Source of the DNA: Cycas panzhihuaensis
Taxonomy: Eukaryota; Plantae; Cycadophyta
Reading direction: 5' to 3'
Assembly (NCBI GenBank): GCA_023213395.1
Contig: CM041465.1
Location: forward strand, 213,535,741 to 213,599,740
DNA length: 64,000 bases
Under the pieces are notes generated by a model. It saw nothing but the letters and a program-made list of their open reading frames with translations, was not told the DNA's origin and did not search any database. Of the stretch, positions 44,914-57,596 are shown one piece after another. The position numbers and the translations under genes are program-made. Position 1 is the first letter of the stretch, and every line of letters begins with the position of its first letter.

Positions 44914-46412
44914 TCAACCTCTCCTACTTCTGAGGTTGGGGCCTTCTAATGCACCCCCCTCTTTCAATGTACTCTGAAAGCCCATGTCTATTTGGGCTTG
45001 AGTTTCTTTCTCTCTAATATCCTTTCTAGGGGGTCTGCACACCTTCTTCTCTAACCCATAATTTGGTGCCCTCCTCATTTCTGATGTATTCCTTTTTGAA
45101 ACCCATCTATGATTCCCGCCTCCTCCTTTTTCTGCTTCACCTTTGGATCCTGCTCCTCCTTCAGCTACAAAACCAATCTGTCTCGTCTCTAGGTTCATTT
45201 CTCTCAAGCCCCCCTCCTCATGCTCAGACAGGTAATCCTCTAAATCCCAGTTTATGTTCTTGACTAGCCCGGACAATGCTGGCTCGTCAACGTTGACAGG
45301 AGGGTCTCCATCCCCCTGAAATCGCCCAGGCTCCCCAGATTGATCTTTATGTGCCTCAGGTCCCCGCCCCGATACCGGGTCCATGACTTGGGTCTGACAA
45401 CCATCCAAACCAATACTGGAGACCTTCCCAGATTCGGGAGCCACCGAACTCTTACACCCATCTACCAGGCTAGCTAGGGGATAAGCCATAGCAACGCTTG
45501 TTTTACCACCCAGAGGATGGCTCTTCACACTACTAGAATGTTCGAGAACATCGATCACCTTGTTAGATGTCTTGGTTCCCGCAACCTCCTCCTCTCTACA
45601 GACCTCCTTACCTGATCTTTCAGATTCCACTGCTCTTTCTACCTCATTCTCCACCTTTCCTAGCACCTGATTGACCTCCCTCTGAGGAACCCCTGGACAT
45701 TGAAAGGGAAGATGCCCCTGACTCTTACATTTGGCACACCTGAAGCCCTCCACTTCATAAAATAAACCTTGGATGATAGACCATCCGACTCAATCTCTAC
45801 CTCGGCTGGGAGTTCACTGTCTAACTTTTCCAGAACATAAAATCTGGCATTCATCAATCTGGATCTATGCATAGCAGCCGAATCCAGAGCTAAAAGTGGC
45901 CCAATCAATCTAGCCGCTCCTTTAACTGTCTCCGAGTTCCAGAAGTGCAAAGGGAGCCCAAGAACTTAAACCCACACCATAGCTTGTTTAACCACCAGGG
46001 TGCCCGGATCAAAGTCAGGATGCCATTTCTCCAACAACATGGCCTTCCTACCGAACATCCAGTGGGGCTTTAGAAGGATGGGGATCATATCCTCCTGATT
46101 TAAAAATCTGAAGAGTACACAACCTTTAGGCAATGCCATTACTTGGATAGGGTTTCTGGTCTTCTACTTGTTTCTGATCCACTCTCTTATGGTAACCAAA
46201 CCTGGCCTGGGGCCCAAGAACCTACCCACCAGGCTATTCTCCTAGTACTAAATGGTTTTTTCGGTTACTTCTTTCGGTATTGAAATTTTGTATCTATTCC
46301 CAATTTTAACCGGGATAATATCTTGTTCTTCAGAGTTTCCAATTTTTAGAGCATCCAGGTAAGTTCTCCCTATGGGAGAGGACTGAGACTGATTCTGGGC
46401 TATTTGCATCAT
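44914..46412 (-). pseudogene. L1 ORF1 (DUF4283-type domain + CCHC Zn knuckle), disrupted
   Basis: LVGRFLGPRP...W.FG...LEKWHPDFDP...VWV.V.GLPLHFW; CAKCKSQGHLPFQC. Confidence 0.9.
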
Positions 46413-46959
46413 ATGGACAGAAGAAAAGAGAACTTGCAAAAGCTGAAACAACTACAGAAACATCTAGAACTCACCATGAACCTCTTGTCCCTTCGTCTCT
46501 CAATGTTTCTAGAATGCCATGCAAGTCTGCCTTTTGCAGAATCTCTAGAAGCTATGGATCCCTTGGAAAAACCCTTGTCATGAACCTGGAGCTCGCCAAA
46601 ACCCTGGGGGGATACCAAACTCTCCAATCTTAACGCGATAGCCACCCTATGGTTACCGTAAACCTCCTTCCCTTTGGCTCTGTCTATCCACGCCCGGCAA
46701 GCATTAAACTCCCACGCCTTTCCTTCCATGCCCCGAACCGTGCATCTATCCACCTCGCAGCCCCAACTGAGGCTCTCCCGTTTATCTTCTCTATTGGCAA
46801 ACCTCGCAAAGTCCTCTCGCCATCAAGCTTGTCCGACTGGGGGGCCGCCCCCCCACCTCCATCCACGATTCTGGCTAACCCTAGCTGCCAGGCCTAATCA
46901 ACAATCTTCTCTGTGCTATCTTCCATAAATCGCAGCGTCGCCCAGTCCATACACATCTT

Positions 46960-47032
46960 AATAAACACCTTAATCTTTACTTGCTGGTGGCTCCCGCTCG
47001 CTAATACTAAGGAAAGGTGGGGTTATGTTACA
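46960..47032 (-). repeat. Chromovirus 5' LTR, right segment
   Basis: Aligns to 34382-34454 and ends GTTACA. Confidence 0.95.
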
Positions 47033-47037
47033 ACAAA

Positions 47038-47130
47038 TCAAGTGGCCGATATCTTCACCAAACCACTAAAGAGGGTGAAGTTTGAATAGTTTTGAAAGTA
47101 ACTCAGCGTTAGGGCCTCCATCTTCGACTA
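47038..47130 (+). pseudogene. Copia RNase H C-terminus
   Basis: QVADIFTKPL...F...LSV, in frame with the sequence ending at 34108. Confidence 0.92.
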
Positions 47131-47562
47131 ATTGAATGAGATGACAATAGGACCATCATACTCTATCTTATTTATGAAAACCCCTTATGGGAGTGGAAGG
47201 ACAAGAGTAAGTCTTTGCTCTATCCCATTCATGAAAACCCCTTGTGGGCACGAAAGGATAATGGTTGTATCATTTTGGAAAATCAAACCTATGAAAACAT
47301 GAAAAGGCATGGGGGATAACCAAATGGTATATGGAAACTTAGTAGATTTTAGCTACAAAATTTATTGTACTGATTGGCTATCTGGCTTCATTTAAAGAGC
47401 CACCTAAGCTAGGATAGTAAATTAGAAAATTTATGGGTTTCTTACCCATAAGGGTTTCCCACAAAAGTATCATAGTAATTTTCTTTATAAGAGGCTCAAA
47501 TGAAGAACTTATAAGATAGAATAAAATAAGATGAAATGACCTTCTGCCATTAAGGAGAAGAT

Positions 47563-47861
47563 TGAAAAGGGTTAATGTCATAAGGTCATTACATTAGTTG
47601 ATTATTTCTAAAAAAGGGTCTTAAGTAAACTTCAAATTAGATCACTTAAGTGAAATACACTTTCATGTACATTACATGTAATTTTATTTCACCTAACTCT
47701 AATGCTCCCTCTCTCAATATAAAAGTAAAAGCTCAATGGGAGAGGCTCATTCTTACCTCCCCATTTTGTGAGAGATTCTCTCTTTCTCTTAAGTCTCTCT
47801 TGCTCCCATGTTTTCCTTTGTGTTTAGTGCATGGAGATGAAGGATAGATCCACTCTTTTCA
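47563..47861 (+). repeat. Copia 3' LTR (299 bp), preceded by a PPT
   Basis: TGAAAAG...CTTTTCA; purine tract TAAGGAGAAGA at 47551-47561. Confidence 0.96.
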
Positions 47862-49033
47862 ATAGTATGTATATAGGCTTGTCATTTTTAGTTTGTCTTT
47901 TTATTTGGTTACTATTATATAGATATTTTTCAATAAATTATATATACATATAGGTGGGACTAACTCCTTGCCTATGGATAGGTGGAGATAAGATAGATAC
48001 AATCTTCATGCAACATAGATTAGATGGCTTGTTGTCCTTTGTGTATAGGCTATATGAGTCACTTGTATGGTGTGATAGTAACTCAGAGTTCCTTAGTCAT
48101 CATACATAATATTTAGCACTAGTGATTAGGGCTCATGATACATATGATGCATTAGAGGCATGATTGGCCATGTGGAAGACAAAGTTATAGGTGTATATAG
48201 CCATGTGAGAGGTAGAGTTATAAGGGAATATAACTATGAGGGCTACAAAGATGAGAGGGTTAGAGGCATAACTTAAGGCTATAGACAATGAGAGGAGACA
48301 CTTGTGGTATTGGTAGTACTATAGGTAGGATTAAGTGACACCTTTAGCCTCTCAAAATATTCATCAATCTCAGACTCAGATGTATATAGGTGAGGGGACA
48401 TGCACTTATACACATTAGCTTGGGGGATGCCCAGGTGAGTCTTAATGATGACCACTGTCACCATGATGACTATCTTAATTGCCAAGCATGAGCAACGAGG
48501 GTGATGCTAAGAGATAGAGATAGAGGGGAGGGACGTGAGCTTGCTCCATAGGCATATGGTTGAGTGTATTTGAGCTCATCCTTAAGCATGATATATATAT
48601 ATACCCATAGAAGTGATAGAAGTATATTGGATATATATCACTAAGCTATACACATTATACCATTTTGTGATAGTTGCATATATATTATAATTTTTCCTAT
48701 TTAGATATGATCTGTATTATCTCTATTGTTTCTATCCTTTATTACCCCTTTGTATCACCCTAATAGTTAGTCTCTTCGATCATGCATGAGTCTATATTTT
48801 AGAGTTATATATAAGTATATGGATGTTTTAAGAATTTTGTTAATATTTTATTTTCTTGTATTTTTGGTTATTCCATATACATTTCATTTGTACTCATCAT
48901 AAAGTGTGTATCCATTATGTATAATGGGAGACTACCATAGTTTAGGCTCTTTAGTAGGTAAAATTTTTGAGTTATAATTTATCCTTATTACATCAAGGAT
49001 GATGCTTCTAAGCATAAGCCTTAGAAGAAGGGG

Positions 49034-49145
49034 TTAGTTTATACTCATTATGGAGTGTTTAATTAGTTTATACTCATGATAGAGTGTTAAGTTAGTTTTA
49101 TACTCATTTCAGAGGGTTCAATTAGTTTATACTTGTTATAGAGTA
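49034..49145 (+). repeat. ~29-30 bp tandem repeat, 4 copies
   Basis: TTAGTTTATACT(C)...GAG at 49034, 49063, 49092 and 49122. Confidence 0.9.
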
Positions 49146-51659
49146 ATAATGCCCTCACCTTGGAGAGATAGGACTAAGAGTGGTGGTAATTAAGGATATT
49201 TGACACAAGTGAGTTGGATTTAATATTTTGATTATGTAGGGTATGTTGAATGGTGATGGATGAGAATTATGTCATCAAAGAAGTAGCAATAGCTAGAAAA
49301 GTCCACAAGTGGTCTAAATAGGCTTGATAAATGTGAGTAACCTGATAAATAAGAATTTATGAATAAATAAATTGATTAGTCTATTTCAAAATTGAAGAAT
49401 GCCACTAAGAGATTCTATAACTACCATGTATTTTTCTATATTATTAGTTGCTTAAGAGAGAAAAACTCTAGTGCTAACTACAACATTACCCCTTTGGTCA
49501 TGAATAATCCATGTTGCGACAGGGCCCCTCCCCAATTCCCTTAGCTCCTATTGCCAATATAGATGTTAAACACCACATGGGAAAAGAATAAAAACTTAGA
49601 GATAATCTAATGAATAAAAGGAAGGTGTGAGAATCACTTGTTAAGGATGTGGCTCAAACTCAATGGTTTGGCTTTAACTATACAATCATAAAAAGAAATA
49701 GGCCCCATGCTTTGGTTTTATCACTATAACTATATCTTTTAAAACTGATGTCTTAGAACCTCTTGAGTATCAAATAGGTTTAAATCATAAGTGAGCTTAT
49801 AATGAGACTAATCAACAAGATTTAAAGCTTTTGAATGACACACATGACTAGACCCAAACTTTGTATTCATAAGTGGGCACAAAGTTGGCATGCAAATTGC
49901 CCTAGATACTAAGAAAGCATGAGTGTATATATATATATATATATATATGTACAAGACTTCTTGTCTTTTCCTTCTTTTTTATTAAATAAAGGGTATTACT
50001 CTATATGATATTTTAGATGATGGTCATGGTAAACTAGGTATTGTTAAACCCATTTTCTGGATGTTGCACCTCATCTGTTATACTTACTTAAGAGGATAAG
50101 ATGTCTATGGTTATTACGTGACTTTCATAAGATATAATGGGTGGTGATGGTAAAAAGGTTTTGAAAGTTATAATAGTGATTAGCCTAGCTAGGGAATATT
50201 GAAACCAAGATACTTTAACAATAACTCTTTTTAAAGAAGTGTGAGTAATAAATATGTTGAAATCACACCCTTAAGGGATGAACCAAAGGTATTTACAAGG
50301 ATTTTTTTATCAATGTATCTCTAATTATAAAGAGGGAAATTATTAAATAACCAATTATAGAGGAGTAGGTAGGGTATGCAAGAGAATCTTTTTATAACAT
50401 CAAGTGTGTGGTGTACCAAAGGGGAAATAGGCAAACTAAATGTCATTCAAAGTGTAGCTAAGACTAGTGCTAAGTAAGTTTGGCTTGGAGGCAGACAATT
50501 GAGAGCTTGAGGCTAGTTGATCATAGGCAAGACTACTATTGAGATAGATAAGTATTGGTAACCACTTGAATGAGAGTAAAATCAACTATGGAATAATCCA
50601 TCATTAAAGAGGCTTATAATTGTCAAAGAGTTAAGAAGAAAATTATTTGTTAAGTGAACTAAAAAAGGAGAGTAGAAGCAATCATAAGAGTACTAAGAGG
50701 ATGTATGGTTATCTTGCTAGTAAAAATAATTACTTGAATTGAGATTATCACCAAATGAAGAAGTTGACTACATGGACTCATAACTAAATACCACCTCTCT
50801 AGGATAAACTAGAGAAGAGAATATCTTGGAAAGCCCAAGACTACAAAAAGCCAATAAAAACACAAACATATACTCTTTTCTTTTTTTGTCATTTTGTGAA
50901 TTTATCACTTTTTTATATTTTTAGAAAATGATATATACATCTGGTTTATATTAAATTTTGAAGTAAATAAACTCTAAAAGGAAATGTAAGGGTGATATAG
51001 ATATGAGGGTGACAATGCTAAGATTAAGAGCAAGGAGCTAGAAAGGATTAAATGTTCCATCCTTACAGGTTTAGGTTTAGATGATTTGTCTAATAGATAA
51101 GAGCACTAGATAAATTAAATAACACTATACTTGTAAGAATGAACATCTGAATTATATTAGTTCCTCTCTAAAGAGGAGGCCAAACACGATTAAAGAGATA
51201 TATTTAAGAAGAGTCATATGGATGCCTATCAACATCAGAAGGCCTTGACTGGCTAACATTTATATGATGTTTCTTAAAAGGAAACCCATTTCTTACTAAA
51301 TAGATTGAGGTACCTATTTAGTGAGATTTAAGTCTCTTGGGTATGATAGATTCTCGTTTAGTTATTTCTAGGTACAAGAAGCTTTGAGGGACTTGCTCCC
51401 TCCTTGGCCTATGATTCTCATGTTAGTTTATCCTTCTAGCACTCTCTTCCATTGTCAAGTTTGTTGCTCTTAATTCAACATCACCCTTAATTTTTCTTTC
51501 AAGGCTTAAGGTATCCCATGTATTATGGGAGGGCATGGAGGTGTTATACCCATATGTATTAGGCTTGGAAAGAGTAAGTTGTAGTTTAAACTTATTTGTG
51601 GAGTGTATGTAGTTTACCTTCATTTCAAAGCTATGTTTGACTAGGTTGAGTGTAGTATC

Positions 51660-54600
51660 TCCTTAAATATTGAGAGTGATGGTCTTTTAAAATTTAACCT
51701 TTAAGTATGGCTAGGTGGCATGCCACATTACCTAAGTCTTTAATGACTAAGTAGGGGTTTACCTATTTGGGAGCAAACTTCTTTTATTTATTATGAAGAT
51801 ATTCTAATTTAAATGCTTTCTCACCTACTCAAAACTTTCAAGGCCTAAAATGTTTATCATGATCTACTTGAGTGTTGGTTTTAAAAGCTAAGTTTATTTC
51901 CTACGCCTTGAGATGAGTTTCATCTAATTTTTCTAACTCTAATAGCCTAGCTTGTCTTAATCATTCTTTGTTAGTGAAATGCTTAAGTTAGACTTGGAGG
52001 GAGGAGATCTCAACCTTTAAGGGAAGAATACCTTCTGTGCCATAGACTAAGGAGAAAGAGGTTATCCTTATAGCATTTTTCATTGAGGTGTAATATTCCC
52101 ACAAAACTAGAAAGAGTTGGGTTTTCCAATCATGATGAGAAGAAGCCACTATTTTAGCCAATACTTTGGTGAAAGTTTTATTAAAGGCTTTAATTTAACC
52201 ATTATCTTGTGGGTAATAGGGGGACAACATCCTATGTATTGTATAAAACTTATCACATAACTCATCGACATGAGCATTGCATAATGAAGTCTTGTTATTA
52301 ATAATGATAAAGTCAAGGACTCTAAATCTAAAAATAATATGTTGGAAGATGAATGTGGTGATCACCTTCCCAACTATTATGCTTAATGGGACCACTTTGC
52401 TCCACTTAGTAAAGTATTCTATCATAGTAAAATGAGTTCATGATTGGTATATGATGGAGCATGTATTTGTTCAACGAGGATAAGGCCCTATGGGGAAAAT
52501 GACCATGGTGAGAGGATAGCTCTCAGGGGAGTGGATAGTTGATGAATAAGGGATGAGTACACTTAGCACTTCTCACACTTTTGTATATAAGTGTTTGTAT
52601 TCTTAAATAAGGTGGGATAATACTAACCTATGTAGAAGATATACTGAGTAGTATATTGGCCACCAAAGTGTCCACCATAGATTCCACTATGGTACTCAAT
52701 CAGGATAACTTATGCTTTATAAGGGGTGAGACATCTTAACAAAACTCCATTGAAGAAGCATTTGTAAAGAACCTCATCAAGTAATAGATATTGATATGTA
52801 GTTGCTCTAACTCTATTTATCTTCTTAGAAGAGGCATCTTATAGATAAGTTTGTTCTTGTAAATAGGTCCAAATATCCTTATTCCATTCATCCTTATCCT
52901 CACATAGGAGAGTTTCAACTTGGAAAATGTGCTAGGAGTGCATTGTCAATAATATGATGATCATTGTTAAGAAGGGGTGCCATGGCTAGTTGTTAAAAAA
53001 CAACCATCTCTTTTTTGGATTTACAATTAAGCATTCATAAGTTAAGCTCTTGAAGAAGCAGGGCCCACTTACCTACTTGTCTACTGATGTCAATTTTGGT
53101 AAGCATGAGTCTAATTAGGTTTGATGATGCTATCACAGAAGTGGTGTTGCTGAATGAATAATAACATAGCTTCTTAGTTATGAAGACCGATGGTAAGCAC
53201 TCCTTCTTAAATGGAGAGTAATTATTTTTCATAGCAACCAAAGTATAACTAATGGGTTAAATAATCCTCTCTTGCCCAAATTTATGCTTCATGGAAAGCG
53301 TATCACTAAGGGATTCCTTGGTGGAGGGGATGTAGAGAATAAAAGGCTTGTAAAAAAGAGGCAAAGCTAAGGTAGGAGCAAAAATTAGTGCTTGCTTAAG
53401 CCTATCAAATAGTTCTTGGATGATAGGGGTCCACTTAAGAGAGGCATCCTATTTGAGGGGGTTTGTAAGTGGTTTTGAATTAAGAGAAAAGTTAGTAAGA
53501 AAATGTTGCAAGAAACCTAATCTTCTAAGAAAAGGCTTGATCCATTTATAATTATGGGGTGGGGGTATTTCAATGATGTATTTTACTTTGTCTTGATCTA
53601 CCTTAATACTATCTCTTAATATGATATTTCTAAGCATTTTTCCTAAGATAACTACAAAGACATACTTGTTGGGATTAAGATATAATTAGTATTTTTAGCA
53701 TCTTTTAAAGATAACCCGTAGGTCATGAATGTGGTCCTTTTAGTAATGACATAACCCTAGCATGTCACCAAGGTAAACTGCGATAGTGGCACTAGGTAAG
53801 TCATGGAAAATGAAAGCCATGATTCATTGGTGAGTAGGCCTAGCATTCCTAAGGCCAAATGGAATAACCTTATATGTAAAGGTTCCCCATAGTGTGGTGA
53901 ATGTAGTTTTATGGTGATCTTTGGGGGAGATAAGAATTTGGTTATACCTAAAGGATCCATCCATAAGGGACATTACTTTAATGTTGGCTATTTGGTCCCA
54001 GATTTAGTCAAGGAAAGGTAGTGAAAAATTATCCTTAAGGTGTGAGTTATTAACATCACAAAAATCAATACAAATATGAATAAAGCCATTTTTATTAATA
54101 ATAGACATAATGTTCGATACTGATTAAGAGTAATCTACTATTTCTATAAAATCAACATTTAAGAGCTTTTCAATCTCTTATTTGATTACTATAGAGAGGC
54201 AAGAATAGATAGGTCTTTATTTTTGGCACTTGGGCTTAGCCCTAGGAATGGTAGTAATGTTGTGGACCACAACATTTAAGTATAAGCCTTTCATATCATT
54301 ATAATCTTAGGCAAAAATTATAGAAAGCTCCCTAAAGAATTCTTTTAACCATTCAACCTTGGAAGAAGAGTAATCAACTCCTATTTTGATTATTTTTGGT
54401 GGCTCATCTATCTCAATGTCAACATTAATAGTTTCCCCCAACAATATAACATTACCTTCCTAAAAATAAGGAGGAGTAGGATCTAATAGAAGAAAGAAGG
54501 CATGTGATTCATTATCTAGGCTTGGCAAATGTGAGCTAGGTTGAATGTGCTTAGCAAAACCAAGCCTATAATAGTCAAGTAGGAGATTAGAAGAGGTTCC

Positions 54601-55520
54601 TTCTAGGTGTTTGAAGATTGCCTTACCATTCTCAAAATGATTAAGGCTAAGAAGGGATTTTAGGGTTATGACTTCTTAGCAAGGTCAATCATGAGTAGAA
54701 GGGTTACACACAAGTAAATTCTATATCATGGCATTGGAAGTAAAAGGGGAAACTTTGATTATAGTGGTTTGATCAAGAGGAAAGGCCACTTGGGTATGGA
54801 CATCTTAATTGAGTTGCATAAGGAGGTAAAATTGAGAGCCCTAGACAACTTAGGGTGCATAGTTAAAAGAGAGATTAATGAGGGGAGGTGAATTTGCTTC
54901 CTTAATAGAAGTGAGGTGCTTAATGGAATAATGTGAATGGGACTTATCACTTAAGGGATATGTAATGATGATGTAAATATCTCTTTATTCAACTTGAGTC
55001 CTTTAAGGTGATTGTTCAGTAGTGAAGTATTGCCTAAAACCCAATGACCTAAAAGGAGAGGAAGACTCTCCCTCATCAACAAATATGTCAACCAAGGGAA
55101 TAGATTATTTAATAGGTTTACTCTTACACTTGATAACTTTAAGCTCACCATCATGGATGAACTTGAGTTCATTGAATACTAAGGAATAAATTGTTAACAC
55201 CTAACTTATCTAAGGTTAACCTAATAAAGGTTAAACTCAAGATCAAGATCAAGGATAATAACCTCTACTATGGCTATCTTTCCTTTGAGAGCAAGTAAAA
55301 GAGTAACTTGGATAATTGGGATTTTTTAATGTCTGTCGTATCTTTAGAAAATCTAATCGGTAGGATCATAAACAAACACCTCTAGGTCTTCAAGGATTTA
55401 AAGTGACATGGCATTGATAGAAGATCCCTCATCAATGATACATCTTTTAATGTTAATATCATCTTTAAGAATCTTAATGTAAAAGGGAATGATTTCATTA
55501 TGGTTCTTCATCACTCATTA
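51660..55520 (-). pseudogene. Gypsy pol (PR-RT-RH-INT), disrupted
   Basis: IEYFTKWSKVVPL...IFQHIIFRF...SPYYPQDNG; QVGKWALLLQEL; GSIKVDQDKV-like segment; SLMDGSFRYNQI. Confidence 0.88.
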
Positions 55521-57596
55521 ATTAATATGGACACATCAAAGTGTAAAGTTGGTTTAAGGGTTAAATTAGACTTAGCACCTCAAGAGTATTAATAAAGAGT
55601 TGTTGTTAATCATGGAAACACTTAAGAAGGTCAATTATAAAAATTCTTGCAAGAATGGTCTTCAATTCTTCTATGAGAGGGAAAGTACCCTCTTTTATGT
55701 ATTGAGGAATGGTCCTAAAACAAATAGGTCTAATGGGTAATTGAAGAGGGGAGTTTGTATGCTTATCCTTGGGTGGCAAATCTCTATCAAGGCATTTAGA
55801 GGAGGAATGGACCTTAGTGGCCTCAACCATATTGATTGTCTTCCTAGATTCTTTACTTTTAAGCAATGGTTTATTTGATAAATTGATCTTTTTAGCATTA
55901 TGTTTAGATGGTGATGACTGATTATTAATAGTCTTAGAATCAAAATCTTTGGCATAACTTTCATCTTGTACCTTGGATTTACATTTATCTTCAATGGCCT
56001 TTTTACCAAGGTTAAGAAGTGGGTCTGTGTATAATTTGATCTTAGTTTGGCTTGGAGGTGGGCTTTTCATTAGCCTAATTATGATGACCAAGAACATCAA
56101 GTTTATGATAGTCTTTTCAATTATATATGTCTATTTGGTGGTACAAGTACCAAGGTGTTTTCTTAAGAGTTGTTATATTAGGGTCTTTCTTCTATTTAGT
56201 TAAATGGATAACTTTGGTTTCTTTCTTAGGTTCATGAGTAGGAGAGGTATTAACATGAAGTTTAGCATTACTAGACCTTTCCAAAGCTTGAACCTCAAAT
56301 GTGAGGTAATCATAGGTATGATTACCTTATGATAGTTTAAACCCCTAAGCTAGTTCCATATTCTCTGTAGGTATAGAAGGTTTTCTTAGCATTTTCACCC
56401 TAACTTAAATCTTAAATGCTTTAAGAACTAAATATTTCTTGATGGCTTCTTTGTAGGATGTAGTCCTTTGTTTGAGGACCTTAAGGTGCACTTGGGAACT
56501 TAAGGAAATAAGACATCAAAAAATAAATCATTATCTAAGAGAGCTTAATATACATGAACCAAATCTTAAAAATGATGGATGAAGTCAAGTGATGATGTTT
56601 CTCTACCTTATTTGATTGAGAGTAGAATTTAGTACTAGTATTGAATGGACTAGCCATATTAAAATAACTTATAAAAGTAACAACTAACTATTAGAGAGAG
56701 AAGATGGATTTAGATTTTAGTGTGTAGAACTAGTTTAGGGCATCACCCTAAAGAGTCTTTGGAAATAACTACATCATAGATAGTCATAGGGGAGGTAATT
56801 GGCATATGCAAGAGAAAAAGAATGCATATGCTCCATTGGATCTTAAGTTAACTCCCCTAAAAATCTAGGTAACTAAGGTAGGAAACAAGGTAGTGGAGAC
56901 AGAAGAACCTCTTGTGGGAAGGGATTCCTCTTATAGTCAACATATGATCTCCTCACGCTCAAGGAGCAGAAAGAATGCCTAGGATAAGACATATGTGGTT
57001 GTTCCAAATATATAAGATATAGTCCTATGGGGAGGTGAAAAGTGATTACTCCTTAAGGAGGGAAGCCTCTTAGATACTAAGAAGTAGGAGGAACATATGG
57101 CCCATAACTAATAGGTTAACTCGAGTATCCCTCCTAAGTGTAGGAAAGTACTAGGCCATAAGAGGGTATGGGATTTTACCATGGTTGTATGGTACATATA
57201 TGTGGAGCTTAATGGCTTATACCTAGAATATAGAAGGGTTATGCATGGTTAACTATCCCTTGATGAAATGACAATGTGAGATAGATATATGAAGATGGTT
57301 AAGGTAAAGGGGTTATGTAGATATGATACAAGTTTGCAAAATCTACAAAAAGGGGTTAGTTTATGAAGGATAACTACTATTAGTCAATGGGCAAATACCT
57401 CTTAGTGATGGATGAAGAGTAACTACATATGAAAAAATATGTGTTTTTCTTAACATAATAAGTAGTGGGGATAGATCTCCATTAAGGCCCTACTTGAGAG
57501 GTCTTTATTGGAGGCATGTGCTACCAAACAACCATAGGCTGAGTATGACCACTAGAGTCAATACCCAAAGATGATGGTGAATGGGAGGCATGTGCT

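Larger units (their letters stand above)
40579..46942 (-). mobile_element. Full-length younger L1-clade LINE
   Basis: Poly(A) seen as a T-run to 40590; 17-bp TSD CAGTCCATACACATCTT at 40562-40578 and 46943-46959; long ORF fragments up to 394 aa. Confidence 0.97.
34109..47032 (-). mobile_element. Complete Ty3/gypsy chromovirus (Reina-like) nested in the copia RNase H
   Basis: LTRs 34109-34454 and 40308-40578 + 46960-47032; TSD GCAAA/ACAAA; perfect Met PBS at 40294-40305; PPT at ~34455-34466; removing it restores copia CPTANQVADIFTKPL. Confidence 0.95.
27240..47861 (+). mobile_element. Complete Ty1/copia LTR retrotransposon (~7.7 kb net) carrying a nested insertion
   Basis: LTRs 27240-27537 and 47563-47861; TSD ATAGT at 27235-27239 and 47862-47866; PBS TGGTATCAGAGC; PPT; gag-PR-INT-RT-RH order. 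Confidence 0.96.

Noticed and set aside
41112-45263. Plus-strand ORFs of 60-150 aa over the L1
   Set aside because: Antisense shadows of L1 ORF1/ORF2 with no independent protein features
49034-49145. CRISPR-like repeat/spacer appearance
   Set aside because: The units are homologous over their whole ~29 bp with no unique spacers, there are no cas genes, and the context is eukaryotic TE sequence
51423-51623. Possible additional RNase H after the integrase (KGDVEL resembles GDS.L)
   Set aside because: The other catalytic motifs and their spacing are not recognisable; not supportable without an HMM search
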